From contig JBGQEL010000077.1 in assembly GCA_041496385.1 (NCBI GenBank), positions 1 through 20,426 on the forward strand: a DNA stretch of 20,426 nucleotides. Direction: 5' to 3'. The stretch is from Candidatus Methylomirabilia bacterium. Its GTDB lineage: Bacteria; Methylomirabilota; Methylomirabilia; Rokubacteriales; CSP1-6. Below, in pieces: positions 7,243 to 17,107 of the stretch; positions within the stretch are counted from its first letter, which is position 1; each line of letters opens with the position of its first letter. The position numbers and the translations under genes are program-made. The notes under the pieces are model-generated. The model ran no database searches. It saw only the letters and a program-made list of their open reading frames with translations, and had not been told where the DNA came from.

Positions 7243-7997
7243 GCTGGCGCCTCCACCACATCGTCCTCGCGGCCGCCGGCGTCGCCTTTCTGCTCTGGTG
7301 CGCAGACGGCGTGGAGCTGCGCCCGCGCGAGGTCGTCCACGCGGTGCCGGTCATCGCCAGCTACTTCGGGCGCATGTGGCCGCCGCGCTGGGAGTTCGCG
7401 CAGAGCGTCTGGAAGCCGGCGCTCGAGACGCTCTACGTCGCCCTCTGGGGCAACGTGCTCGCGACGCTCGTCGGGCTGCCGCTCGGCGTCCTCGCCGCCC
7501 GCAACGTCGTCGCCTCGGCGCCGCTCCGCAACGCGGCGAAGGCGGTCCTCAACCTGTTCCGCTCGATCTCGGAGCTGATCTGGGCGATCTTCTTCGTCGC
7601 CGCGGTCGGCCTCGGGCCGTTTCCGGGGGCGATGGCGCTCGGCATGAACTACGGCGGGATCCTCGGCCGCCTCTACGCCGAGGCGATGGAGAACGTCGAC
7701 GCGGGCCCGCTCGAGGCGCTCCAGTCCGCCGGCGCGAGCCGGCTCCAAGTGTTCGCCTTCGGCATCGTCCCCCAGGCGCTGCCGCAGTTCGTGACCTACA
7801 ACCTCTACTGGTTCGAGGTCGCGGTGCGCTCGGCCACCGTGCTCGGCATGGTCGGCGCGGGCGGACTCGGCTTCGAGCTGGTCACCACGATCCGCCTCTT
7901 CGAGTGGCGGGAGACCGGGCTCATCCTGCTCGTGATCCTCGCGATGGTGAGCGTCATCGACCTCGCGTCCACCGCCGTGCGCGCACGGATCTACTGA
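7239..7997 (+). CDS. phnE: Phosphonate ABC transporter permease, 252 aa
   Basis: GTGA overlap with the phnD stop. Hydrophobic helices, VGLGPFPG, EAA-loop LYAEAMENVDAGPLEALQSAGA and RSATVLGMVGAGGLG. Confidence 0.93.
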   Translation: MSWRLHHIVLAAAGVAFLLWCADGVELRPREVVHAVPVIASYFGRMWPPRWEFAQSVWKPALETLYVALWGNVLATLVGLPLGVLAARNVVASAPLRNAAKAVLNLFRSISELIWAIFFVAAVGLGPFPGAMALGMNYGGILGRLYAEAMENVDAGPLEALQSAGASRLQVFAFGIVPQALPQFVTYNLYWFEVAVRSATVLGMVGAGGLGFELVTTIRLFEWRETGLILLVILAMVSVIDLASTAVRARIY

Positions 7998-8001
7998 GCG
8001 C

Positions 8002-8759
<758 letters not shown>

Positions 8760-8763
<4 letters not shown>

Positions 8764-9581
8764 GCGCGGCCACGCTCGACGCCCTCGTCGGCGCCACGCT
8801 CCACCGCGCCGCGGCGCAGCGGGCGCGGCGGCTCGCGCGCGCCGCGCTGCTGGCGGCGCCCCTGCTCGCGGCGCTGGCTTTCGCGGCGGGCCAGATCGGG
8901 ATGAATCCCCTGGCGGTCGCGCGCGGCGTGCCGTTCATGTGGGATTTCCTGACGCGGCTGCTGCCGCCCGACCTGTCCTACGTGCCGCTGCTGACCCGGG
9001 CGGCGACCGAGTCGGTCCAGATCGCGGTGTGGGGGACGCTGCTCGCGACCGTGCTGTCGATCCCGCTGGCGATCCTCGGCGCGGGCAACACGACGCCGCA
9101 CCCGATCGTCTTCCATGCGACGCGGATGTTCCTGAACGCGCTGCGCTCGATCAACGAGCTCGTCTTCGCGCTCATCTTCGTGAGCGCGGTCGGCCTCGGG
9201 CCCTTCCCCGGCGTCCTCGCGATCGCCATGCACGCGACGGGCATGCTCGCCAAGTTCTCGGCGGAGGAGATCGAGGGCGTGGACCGCGGCCAGGTCGAGG
9301 CGCTCCAGGCCACGGGCGCCGGCCGCCTCCAGGTGATCCTCTTCGGTGTGATCCCGCAGGTCGTCCCGGCGTTCGTGAGCTACGCGATCTACCGCTTCGA
9401 CGTCAGCATCCGCTCGGCGACCGTCCTGGGCCTCGTCGGCGCCGGCGGGCTCGGCTTCTCGCTCTTCAAGACGATGAAGCTCTTCCGGTACCACGAGACC
9501 GCCACGTGCATCCTCGTCATCTTCCTGCTGGTCCTGGTCTCGGATTGGCTCTGCGCGCGGGTGCGCGCGAAGGTACTCTAG
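8760..9581 (+). CDS. phnE: Second phosphonate ABC transporter permease, 273 aa
   Basis: GTG 8760 overlaps the phnC stop (GTGA). Motifs RSINELVFALIFVSAVGLGPFPG, EEIEGVDRGQVEALQATGA and RSATVLGLVGAGGLG. Confidence 0.92.
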
Positions 9582-9586
9582 GGGCC

Positions 9587-10201
9587 ATGACACGAACCCT
9601 GCTGGCGGCGACCGCGGCCATGCTGCTCGCGGCCTGCGGCCCCGGCGCGGCCGAGCGCGCGCAGGACCATCTGAACAAGGGCGCCGCGCTGGTCGCCGCG
9701 GGGAAGTTCGACGCGGCGGTCGCCGAGCTGCAGAAGACGGTCGAGCTGAACCGCGACTCGATCGAGGGCTGGACGCAGCTCGGCAACGCCTACCGCGGGC
9801 TCCGGCAGTACGAGAAGGCGTTCGAGGCGTACCGCACCGCGAAGAAGATCGACCGCTACGTCGTGGGGCCGCACATCGAGAACGCCCGGGCGCTCGTCGA
9901 GGCGGGCCAGGTCGAGCCCGCGATCGACGAGCTGAACCACGTCATCGAGCTGGATCCCAAGCGGCTCGACGCCATGCTGCTGCTCGGACGGGCCTCGATG
10001 CTGCCGCGGAAGCTGCCCGACGGCACGACGGGCGTGCCGCGGGCGAGCCTGGAGCGCGCGGAGCTGAATCTCGAGACCGCGGTGCAGCTCGCGCCGGACC
10101 ATGCGCAGGCCTGGACGGAGCTCGCGGAGGTGCGGGAGAAGCTCGGCAGGAAGGACGCGGCGCGCGAGGCGCTGGCGAAGGCGCAGGCGCTCAAGCGATG
10201 A
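9587..10201 (+). CDS. Tetratricopeptide-repeat lipoprotein, 204 aa
   Basis: ATG 9587, 5 nt after the phnE stop. Lipoprotein signal MTRTLLAATAAMLLAA-C17. TPR-like helical repeats such as WTQLGNAYRGLRQYEKAFEAYRTAKKIDR and AWTELAEVREKLGRKDAAREAL. Confidence 0.85.
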   Translation: MTRTLLAATAAMLLAACGPGAAERAQDHLNKGAALVAAGKFDAAVAELQKTVELNRDSIEGWTQLGNAYRGLRQYEKAFEAYRTAKKIDRYVVGPHIENARALVEAGQVEPAIDELNHVIELDPKRLDAMLLLGRASMLPRKLPDGTTGVPRASLERAELNLETAVQLAPDHAQAWTELAEVREKLGRKDAAREALAKAQALKR

Positions 10202-10226
10202 CGGGAACGCGCAGGGGAGGGACGCG

Positions 10227-10685
10227 ATGCTGAAGGTGGAGACGCCGCACGATTTGCTCTCACTGGTCGGCCGCGAGCTCGGGCCGTCCGACTGGGTCAC
10301 CGTGGACCAGTCGACGATCGACAAGTTCGCCGACGCCACCGGCGACCACCAGTGGATCCACGTGGACGTCGAGCGCGCCAAGCGGGAGATGCCGGGCGGC
10401 AGAACGATCGCCCACGGCTATCTCACGCTCTCGATGGTCCCGCGCTTGGCGCAGACGCTCCTGTCGGTCGCGAAGCGCAAGCGGGGGCTGAACTACGGCT
10501 CCAACAAGGTCCGCTTCACCAACACCGTGCCCGCGGGGGCGCGCGTCCGCCTGCGCCAGCGCATCGTCAACGCCGAGGCCGTTGCCGGCAACGGCGTGCG
10601 CGTGACCTCGGAGATGACGATCGAGGTCGAGGGCCAGGAGCGCCCCGCGCTCGTCGCCGAGGTCATCGGCATCCAGTATGCCTGA
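10227..10685 (+). CDS. MaoC-family (hot-dog fold, NodN-like) dehydratase / (R)-enoyl-CoA hydratase, 152 aa
   Basis: ATG 10227 with SD GGGGAGG. Hydratase motif FADATGDHQWIHVD...TIAHGYLTLS, plus NYGSNKVRF. Confidence 0.92.
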   Translation: MLKVETPHDLLSLVGRELGPSDWVTVDQSTIDKFADATGDHQWIHVDVERAKREMPGGRTIAHGYLTLSMVPRLAQTLLSVAKRKRGLNYGSNKVRFTNTVPAGARVRLRQRIVNAEAVAGNGVRVTSEMTIEVEGQERPALVAEVIGIQYA

Positions 10686-11457
10686 TCGGCCCCTCGCCGC
10701 CGAGCGCTCCCGCGATCTCTGGAACGCGCGCACCGTCGCCTGGTACCAGCGCGCGGACGCCCGGAGCGACTATGCGGAGCGCGTCCTCGGCGTGATCCCA
10801 GGCCTGCTGGCGGGCGCGCGCACGGCGCTCGACGTGGGCGCGGGGTTCGGGGCGCTCGCGGTGCCGCTCGCGCGCCGGCTCCCGCGCGTGACGGCCCTCG
10901 AGCCCTCGACGGCCATGGCGGCGGCGCTCCGCGCGACGATCGCGCGGCGACGGCTCGGCAATCTGCGGCTGGTCGAGACGGCCTGGGACGCGGCGACGGA
11001 GGAGACGTACGACCTCGTGCTCTGCGCCCACGTGAGCCCCGTGCTGCGGCGCGGCTCGTCGTTTCTCGAGGCCGTCGCGCGCCGGGGGCTGGCGCGCACG
11101 GGCGTGGCGCTCGTCCGCGACGCGCCCGGCGGCGAGGACAAGTTCTTCTTCCGCGAGCTCTATCCCGCGCTGCTGGGCCGGCCGTACGCCAAGGCGTGCG
11201 GCGCCGACGAGACGCTGGAGGAGCTGGCGCGGCTCGGCGTGCGGCCGACGCTCACGCCGATCGAGTACCGCTCCGACCAGCCCTTCGACGACCTGGACGA
11301 GGCCTGCGATTTCTGGCTCGCGTACATGGGGCTCGACGGTGCCACGGCGCGCGCGTACCTGCGCGACTTCCTCGCGGAGCGCCTGGTCCGTGAGGCGCAC
11401 GGCTGGCTCGCGCCGTTCGGCAAGCGCGCGGTCGTCCTTCACTGGGCGACCGCGTAG
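10678..11457 (+). CDS. Class I SAM-dependent methyltransferase, 259 aa
   Basis: Motif I LDVGAGFG, acidic motif VTALEPS and YDLVLCAH. Overlaps the MaoC end by 8 nt. Confidence 0.85.
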   Translation: MPDRPLAAERSRDLWNARTVAWYQRADARSDYAERVLGVIPGLLAGARTALDVGAGFGALAVPLARRLPRVTALEPSTAMAAALRATIARRRLGNLRLVETAWDAATEETYDLVLCAHVSPVLRRGSSFLEAVARRGLARTGVALVRDAPGGEDKFFFRELYPALLGRPYAKACGADETLEELARLGVRPTLTPIEYRSDQPFDDLDEACDFWLAYMGLDGATARAYLRDFLAERLVREAHGWLAPFGKRAVVLHWATA

Positions 11458-11471
11458 ACCGCGCCCGCCCG

Positions 11472-12212
11472 ATGCCCGACGGCCCCATTCTCGAGACGCG
11501 GGATCTCACCAAGCGCTTCGGCGGGTTGGTGGCCGTGAACGCCCTGCCGCTCGCGATCGATCCCGGCGAGATCCGCGGTCTCATCGGCCCCAACGGATCG
11601 GGCAAGACGACGACGGTGAATCTGCTGTCCGGCCTGTACCGCGCCGACACGGGCGAGATCCGCCTGCGCGGTGAGCGGATCGACGGTCTCCGTCCGCACC
11701 AGGTCGCGGCCCGGGGCGTCGGCCGCACGTTTCAGATCCCGAAGCTCTTCGGGAGCATGACGGTGCTGGAAAACGTCCTGCTGCCGGCCCTGGCCGCGCG
11801 GGACCGGGGCGGCGCGCCGCCGATGACGGAGGTCCTCGACCGCGCGGGGCGGCTGCTCGAGTTCGTGACGCTCGACCGGCTGCGGGACTCCCTCGCCCGG
11901 GAGCTCTCGGGCGGCCAGGCCATGCTCGCGCAGATCGCGCGCGCCCTCATGGTGCGACCGCTCCACCTGCTCCTGATGGACGAGCCCTTCGCCGGCGTGC
12001 ACCCGACGATCCGCGAGGTCATCATCGCGGCGATCCTCCGCATGAACCGGGAGGAGGGCGTCACGTTCTTGATCGTCTCGCACGAGATGGCCGAGCTGCG
12101 GCGGCTCTGCTCGCGGGTGTCGGTGATGCACGAAGGCGCGCTGATCGCCGAGGGCACGCTCGAGGAGGTCGCGAACGATCCCCTCGTCCTCGAAGCGTAC
12201 CTGGGCCGGTAG
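11472..12212 (+). CDS. livG: Branched-chain amino acid (HAAT) ABC transporter ATP-binding protein, LivG-like, 246 aa
   Basis: KRFGGLVAV, Walker A GPNGSGKTT, GRTFQ, LSGGQ, LLLMDEPFAG and C-terminal VLEAYLG. Confidence 0.9.
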   Translation: MPDGPILETRDLTKRFGGLVAVNALPLAIDPGEIRGLIGPNGSGKTTTVNLLSGLYRADTGEIRLRGERIDGLRPHQVAARGVGRTFQIPKLFGSMTVLENVLLPALAARDRGGAPPMTEVLDRAGRLLEFVTLDRLRDSLARELSGGQAMLAQIARALMVRPLHLLLMDEPFAGVHPTIREVIIAAILRMNREEGVTFLIVSHEMAELRRLCSRVSVMHEGALIAEGTLEEVANDPLVLEAYLGR

Positions 12213-12213
12213 G

Positions 12214-12939
12214 GTGGCGACGCTCCTCGAGCTCGACGGCGTCTTCGCCGGCTACGTGGATGGTATCGACATCCTCGCCGGCATCGGCCTCCGCATCGAG
12301 CGCGGCACGATCACCGGCGTCATCGGCCCCAACGGGGCGGGGAAGTCCACGCTCCTGAAGACCATCTTCGGCTTCCTGCGCCCCCACGCGGGACGGATCC
12401 TGTTCGACGGGCGCCCGATCCAGGGCCTGGCGCCGCACGCGCTCAAGCGGCTCGGCATCAGCTACGTGCCGCAGGGCATGAACATCTTTCCCCAGCTCAC
12501 GGTCGAGGAGAACCTCCAGCTCGGCGCCTGGACGGAGCGACGCGACCGCGCGCGCGTCGGGAGCATGCTCGAGCGCGCCTACGTGACCTTTCCGCGCCTG
12601 CGCGAGCGGCGCCGGCGGCGCGCGACGACGCTGAGCGGCGGCGAGGCCAAGATGCTCTCGCTCGCGAAAGAGGTGATGACGGACCCGGCCCTGATGCTCG
12701 TGGACGAGCCCTCGGCGGGCCTCGCGCCGCGGATCCTCGAGCAGGTCTACGCCAAGCTCCTGGAAACGCGCGCGCGGGGAGTGACCATTCTCCTCGTCGA
12801 TCAGAACATCAACAAGGCCGTCGAGGTCTCCGACTACCTCTACATGATCGAGGGGGGCCAGGTCCGGCGCGAGGGGCCGCGCGAGAGCTTCGCCCACCAG
12901 CTCCGCGAGCTGATCCGCAGCTCCCTCCTCGGCGCCTGA
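12214..12939 (+). CDS. livF: HAAT ABC transporter ATP-binding protein, LivF-like, 241 aa
   Basis: GTG start. Walker A GPNGAGKST, YVPQG, LTVEENL, LSGGE, DEPSAGLAP and LLVDQN. Confidence 0.9.
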   Translation: MATLLELDGVFAGYVDGIDILAGIGLRIERGTITGVIGPNGAGKSTLLKTIFGFLRPHAGRILFDGRPIQGLAPHALKRLGISYVPQGMNIFPQLTVEENLQLGAWTERRDRARVGSMLERAYVTFPRLRERRRRRATTLSGGEAKMLSLAKEVMTDPALMLVDEPSAGLAPRILEQVYAKLLETRARGVTILLVDQNINKAVEVSDYLYMIEGGQVRREGPRESFAHQLRELIRSSLLGA

Positions 12940-12943
12940 CGCG

Positions 12944-13915
12944 ATGCCCCCCGTGGCCCGCCGCCTCGGCTGGGCGCTCCTGGTGTACGCGGCGCTCGCG
13001 TGGCCGCCCTGGGCGTTCTCCGAGTACCACACGCACGTGTTCACGATCAGCCTCTACTACGTGATCCTCGCCGTCGGCTGGAACCTGCTCGCGGGCTACG
13101 CCGGGCAGTTCTCCCTGGCGCACCACACGTTCGCCGGGATCGGCGCGTACACCTCGGCCCTCCTGGTCCAGCACACGGGGATCCCGATCGTCGGCGGGAT
13201 CGCCGCCGGCGTCGTGCTGGCGGGCGCCGTCGGATACGGCCTGGGGACGCTCTGCCTGCGGATGCGCGCGATCTACCTGGCGCTCGCCACGTGGGCCTTC
13301 GCCGAGTCGGTGCGCCTCTTCATCAGCGTCGAGTATCAGTGGACGCGCGGCGACCTCGGGTTCCGCACGCCCCTGCTCTTCGGGACCCCGCAGCCCATGC
13401 CCTACTACTATCTCTTCCTGGGCCTGGCGCTGGCGGTGCTGCTCGTCACGTGGCAGCTCGTCCAGTCACGGGTCGGGGCTTACCTGCGCGCCATCCGCGA
13501 CGACGAGGAGGCGGCGGCGGTCATGGGCGTCGACACCTTCAAGTGGAAGCGGGTCGCCTTCGTGGTCTCGGCCGCGTTCGCCGCGGTCGCCGGCGGGTTC
13601 CAGGGGCACTACATCGGGCTGCTCTCGCCGACGCCGATGAAGTTCAACGAGATGGCCACCGTGGTCATCATGGTCATCGTGGGCGGGCTCAGGACCTTCC
13701 CGGGCCCGATCCTCGGGGCCGTGTTCGTCGAGGTGCTCTCGGAGCAGCTGCGGGCCTGGGGCGAGATCCGCATGGTGCTCTTCGCCGTGCTGGTCATCCT
13801 GGTGGCGCGCGCCTATCCGGGCGGCCTGTACGCGATCGCCCGCTCCGCGGGCCTCACACTGTTCGCTCCCGTTCTCCGAAGAGCCCGGTCGGCCGGACGA
13901 CCAGCAGCGCGATGA
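12944..13915 (+). CDS. livM: HAAT ABC transporter permease, LivM-like, 323 aa
   Basis: WNLLAGYAGQFSLAH, YLALATWAFAE, LRAIRDDEEAAAVMGVD and GGLRTFPGPILGA. Confidence 0.9.
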   Translation: MPPVARRLGWALLVYAALAWPPWAFSEYHTHVFTISLYYVILAVGWNLLAGYAGQFSLAHHTFAGIGAYTSALLVQHTGIPIVGGIAAGVVLAGAVGYGLGTLCLRMRAIYLALATWAFAESVRLFISVEYQWTRGDLGFRTPLLFGTPQPMPYYYLFLGLALAVLLVTWQLVQSRVGAYLRAIRDDEEAAAVMGVDTFKWKRVAFVVSAAFAAVAGGFQGHYIGLLSPTPMKFNEMATVVIMVIVGGLRTFPGPILGAVFVEVLSEQLRAWGEIRMVLFAVLVILVARAYPGGLYAIARSAGLTLFAPVLRRARSAGRPAAR

Positions 13916-14744
13916 GCACGACGAAGCCGTAGAGGTCCTTGTAGCCGGGCGAGAGGAAGACCGAGCCCAGCGCCTCGATCACGCCCAGCAGCACCCCGCC
14001 GACGAGCGATCCGAGAATGGACCCGAGGCCGCCGATGACGATGATCTCGAACCCCTTGAAGGTCGAGATCGCGCCGTTCTCCGGGTACACGAGGAAGTCC
14101 GGCGCGAGGAGCGCCCCCGCCGCGGCGGCCAGGGCGACCCCGACGCCGAACGCGAGCATGTCGAGCCTGAGCACGTCGACGCCGGCCGTCTGGATGCCGA
14201 CGCGATTCTGCGCGGCGCCCCTGAAGGCCCGGCCGAGCCAGGTCTTCTTGATCAACAAGTAGAAGAGGGCGAGCAGGACGAGCGTGCCGATGAGGGCGAC
14301 GAAGCGATTGCCGGAGATCGGCAGCGTCCCGATGGTCGTCGGCCTCGCGTAGTCCCGGGGCGCGTACTGGTTCGGCCCGCCGAGGACGATCGCGAGGTTC
14401 CTGAACAGGACCATCAGCGCGATCGTGATGATCGTCGCGTACTCGTCGCGCCGTTCGACGCCGCCCACGTACATCGGGCGCAGCAGGAATCGCTGCGTGA
14501 GCATGCCCAGGAGGAAGACGGACCCCATGGCCAGCGGCAGGGCGAGGTACCAGCGCTCCGGCCCGAGGACCGTCGCGAGGAGCGCGTACTGGACGTAGCT
14601 GCCGATCATGTAGAACTCGCCCATCGCCCAGTTGATCATCTTCATGATGCTGTAGATGAAGGTGATCCCGAGCGCCATGAGGCTGTAGATGACGCCGATG
14701 ACGAGACCCGCGAGGACGTACTGGGTGAGGAGGTGCCAGTCCAC
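13854..14744 (-). CDS. livH: HAAT ABC transporter permease, LivH-like, 296 aa
   Basis: GTG start at 14744, 17 nt downstream of the SBP stop. Motifs GLVIGVIYSLMALGITFIYSIMKMINWAMGEF, KTWLGRAFRGAAQN and IIVIGGLGSILGS. Confidence 0.9.
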   Translation of the reverse strand: MDWHLLTQYVLAGLVIGVIYSLMALGITFIYSIMKMINWAMGEFYMIGSYVQYALLATVLGPERWYLALPLAMGSVFLLGMLTQRFLLRPMYVGGVERRDEYATIITIALMVLFRNLAIVLGGPNQYAPRDYARPTTIGTLPISGNRFVALIGTLVLLALFYLLIKKTWLGRAFRGAAQNRVGIQTAGVDVLRLDMLAFGVGVALAAAAGALLAPDFLVYPENGAISTFKGFEIIVIGGLGSILGSLVGGVLLGVIEALGSVFLSPGYKDLYGFVVLIALLVVRPTGLFGERERTV

Positions 14745-14761
14745 GCGGGTCCCGCCCCGTC

Positions 14762-15973
14762 TCAGCGCTTCGGCGCCAGCAGGAGGTCGCCGGTCTTGAA
14801 CTCCGTCGGGAAGAGGATCTTCGCCTCGGTGAACGGCATCTCGGGCTTCGTGTACTGGAGGACGAGCATCGGCGGCGTCCACTGCTGCCAGTACGGGCCC
14901 TCGCCGCGCGAGAAGCTGATGGTCCCGTTCCAGCCCTCGAACTTGTTCGCGAGGAGCGACTTCACGAGGTCGTCGCTCGCGTCGCTCTTGGCGGCGTTGA
15001 GCGCGTCGGCGATGAGCGCCACCTGCGCGTAGCCGTTCAGCGCGGCGTAGACCGGGTCCTCCTTGAACTGCTCGCGATACTTCGTGCGGAAGGCCTCGCC
15101 GCGCGGCGTGAGCTTCATCGTGGGGTGGTAGTACACCATGAACGCGGTGTACGTGCCCTTCTCGCCCATGTTCTTCCAGAACTCCGGCCGCGCCGGCATG
15201 TCGTAGGAGACGAGCATGGGCGTCGCGGGGAAGAGCCCGACGTCGTACGCCTGCCGGAGGATGAGGTACGAGGGCGTGCCGACGCCGATGTTCACGACGA
15301 GATCCGGCCTCCAGCTCTTGATCTCGAGGAGCTGGGGCGTGAGGTCCACCACCGCCCGGTCGAAGACGATGCTCTTGAGCTCGGCCTGGACGTCCATGGT
15401 CTTGAAGAGCTTCTTGCTGTCCTCGACGAGGCCGATCCCGTAGTCGGTGTTCTCGGCGAGCATCGCGACCCGCTTGTAGCCCTGCTGCTTGATCCAGCGG
15501 TTCCAGAGCTGGACGCGGTCGGTGTCGATGACGTGCGTGCGGAACGTGTAGTTGAGGTGGCGCTCGGTGAGGCTCCGGGCCGAGGCCTGCGTCATGAAGA
15601 TCGGCACCTTGAGCTGCTCGGCGAGATCCTGCACCGCCACGGCGACGGAGCTGTGGAACTGGCCCAGCACGGCCGCCACCCGGTCCTGGCTGACCAGCTT
15701 CCGGTAGCCCGCCGCGCCCTTCTCCGGAGTCCCGGAGTCGTCCTCGATGACCAGCTCGATCTTGCGCCCGCCCAGGATCCCGCCGCGCGCGTTCACGTCG
15801 TCCGCGCCCATCTTGGCGCCGCGGACGATGAACTGGCCGGCGGCCGCGTCGCCGGGCGGCGACAGGGGCGTCAGGACGCCGATCTTCACGGGCCTCTGGG
15901 CGAGGGCCGGCGCGGTCAGCCCGGCCACGACGATCGCCGCCAACGAACCGATCAGCCACATGCGCCGTCTCAT
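14762..15973 (-). CDS. HAAT ABC transporter substrate-binding protein (LivK/LivJ-like, periplasmic binding protein type 1), 403 aa
   Basis: Signal peptide ending APALA-Q, then VKIGVLTPLS, DVNARGGILGGRKIELVIEDD and ENTDYG. SD GGAGG upstream. Confidence 0.92.
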   Translation of the reverse strand: MRRRMWLIGSLAAIVVAGLTAPALAQRPVKIGVLTPLSPPGDAAAGQFIVRGAKMGADDVNARGGILGGRKIELVIEDDSGTPEKGAAGYRKLVSQDRVAAVLGQFHSSVAVAVQDLAEQLKVPIFMTQASARSLTERHLNYTFRTHVIDTDRVQLWNRWIKQQGYKRVAMLAENTDYGIGLVEDSKKLFKTMDVQAELKSIVFDRAVVDLTPQLLEIKSWRPDLVVNIGVGTPSYLILRQAYDVGLFPATPMLVSYDMPARPEFWKNMGEKGTYTAFMVYYHPTMKLTPRGEAFRTKYREQFKEDPVYAALNGYAQVALIADALNAAKSDASDDLVKSLLANKFEGWNGTISFSRGEGPYWQQWTPPMLVLQYTKPEMPFTEAKILFPTEFKTGDLLLAPKR

Positions 15974-15989
15974 ATCGTTCCTCCGTGGG

Positions 15990-17102
15990 TCATCGCACTC
16001 GGGTCCATTCCTTCAGGAGCTTCTCGTCCACGTCCACGCCGAGGCCCGGGCCGTCGAGCGCCAGGATCGCGCCGTCGGCGTACCGCACCGGCCGGTGGAC
16101 CACGTCGCCGGCGAGCAGCAACGGGCCGAACAGCTCGCAGCCCCACGTCACGGGCGCGGCCGCGAGCGCCACCTGCAGGTAGGCGGCGGTGCCGAGCGAG
16201 GTCTCGATCATGCAGCCGACGTAGCAGCCGAGGCCCGCGGCCTCGGCGATGCGCGCGATGGCCATCGTGCCGAGGATGCCCGCCGACTTCGTGAGCTTGA
16301 GCGCGAGGATCGACACGCCGCCCAGACGCGCGATGGCCATGGCGTCGTGCGGCGAGCAGCAGGACTCGTCGGCCATGATCGGCACGGTGACGCTGCGCGC
16401 GATCTCGGCCATGCCGCCCAGGTCCCAGCGCGGCACGGGCTGCTCGACGAAGTCGAGGCCGAACGGCTCCAGCGCGCGGATCGCGCGGAGCGCGGTCGGC
16501 CGGTCCCAGCCCTGGTTGGCGTCCACGCGGAGCGCGACGTCGGGGCCGACGGCCTCGCGGATCCGGCCGACGCGCTCGACGTCGTGCGCGAGGGGGTGCG
16601 CCGCGGTCTTGATCTTGAAGATCCGGTGGCCGCGCGCGACCTTCTCCCGCGCCTCGGCGATCTCGGCGTCGGGGTCGGCGACGGCAAGCGACCAGGAGAG
16701 CGGCACGCGATCGCGCACCCGCCCGCCGAGCAGGCGGTGCACCGGCACCTCCAGCGCGCGGCCGTTCAGGTCCCAGAGCGCCATCTCGACCGCGGCGCGG
16801 GCGAAGGGGTTGCCCTGGACCCGGCGCGCCATCTCGCGCCGGAGCGGCTCGATCTCCGAGGCGTCCTGGCCGACGAGCCAGGGCGCCACGTAGCGCTCGA
16901 TCGTCGCGGCGACCGATTCCACGGACTCCTCGCTCCACGTCGGGCCGCCGAGGCAGGCGGCCTCGCCCCAGCCCGTGACGCCGTCGGTCGTCTCGACGCG
17001 CACGAAGGCGAAGTTGACGGCCCGGAGCGTCGTGAACGACATCGTGTGCGGGCGCGTCACGGGGATGTCGGCGAGGATCACGCGGACGTCGGCGATCTTC
17101 AT
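15990..17102 (-). CDS. Enolase-superfamily enzyme, muconate/chloromuconate cycloisomerase (MLE)-like, 370 aa
   Basis: ATG at 17102 (MKIADVRV...). Motifs KxK (FKIK), metal ligands DANQ / EQP / ADES, second Lys in LKLTK, GCMIET and WGCELFGP. The N-terminal RPHTMS and GGPTWSEES segments resemble CatB/ClcB. Confidence 0.88.
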   Translation of the reverse strand: MKIADVRVILADIPVTRPHTMSFTTLRAVNFAFVRVETTDGVTGWGEAACLGGPTWSEESVESVAATIERYVAPWLVGQDASEIEPLRREMARRVQGNPFARAAVEMALWDLNGRALEVPVHRLLGGRVRDRVPLSWSLAVADPDAEIAEAREKVARGHRIFKIKTAAHPLAHDVERVGRIREAVGPDVALRVDANQGWDRPTALRAIRALEPFGLDFVEQPVPRWDLGGMAEIARSVTVPIMADESCCSPHDAMAIARLGGVSILALKLTKSAGILGTMAIARIAEAAGLGCYVGCMIETSLGTAAYLQVALAAAPVTWGCELFGPLLLAGDVVHRPVRYADGAILALDGPGLGVDVDEKLLKEWTRVR

Positions 17103-17107
17103 GACGC

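Noticed and set aside
11472..12939. Inactive ATPases because of variant motifs (LSGGQAML, LSGGEAKM, LVDQN)
   Set aside because: Walker A, Walker B and the LSGG cores are intact, and such variation is within the range of LivF/LivG homologs.
13854..15959. 701-aa ORF as an SBP-permease fusion
   Set aside because: The upstream part is an off-frame read of the SBP gene. LivH starts at GTG 14744.
15990..17102. Assigning catB and a catechol ortho-cleavage pathway
   Set aside because: Motifs are MLE-like, but no catA, catC or pcaD neighbours support the pathway.
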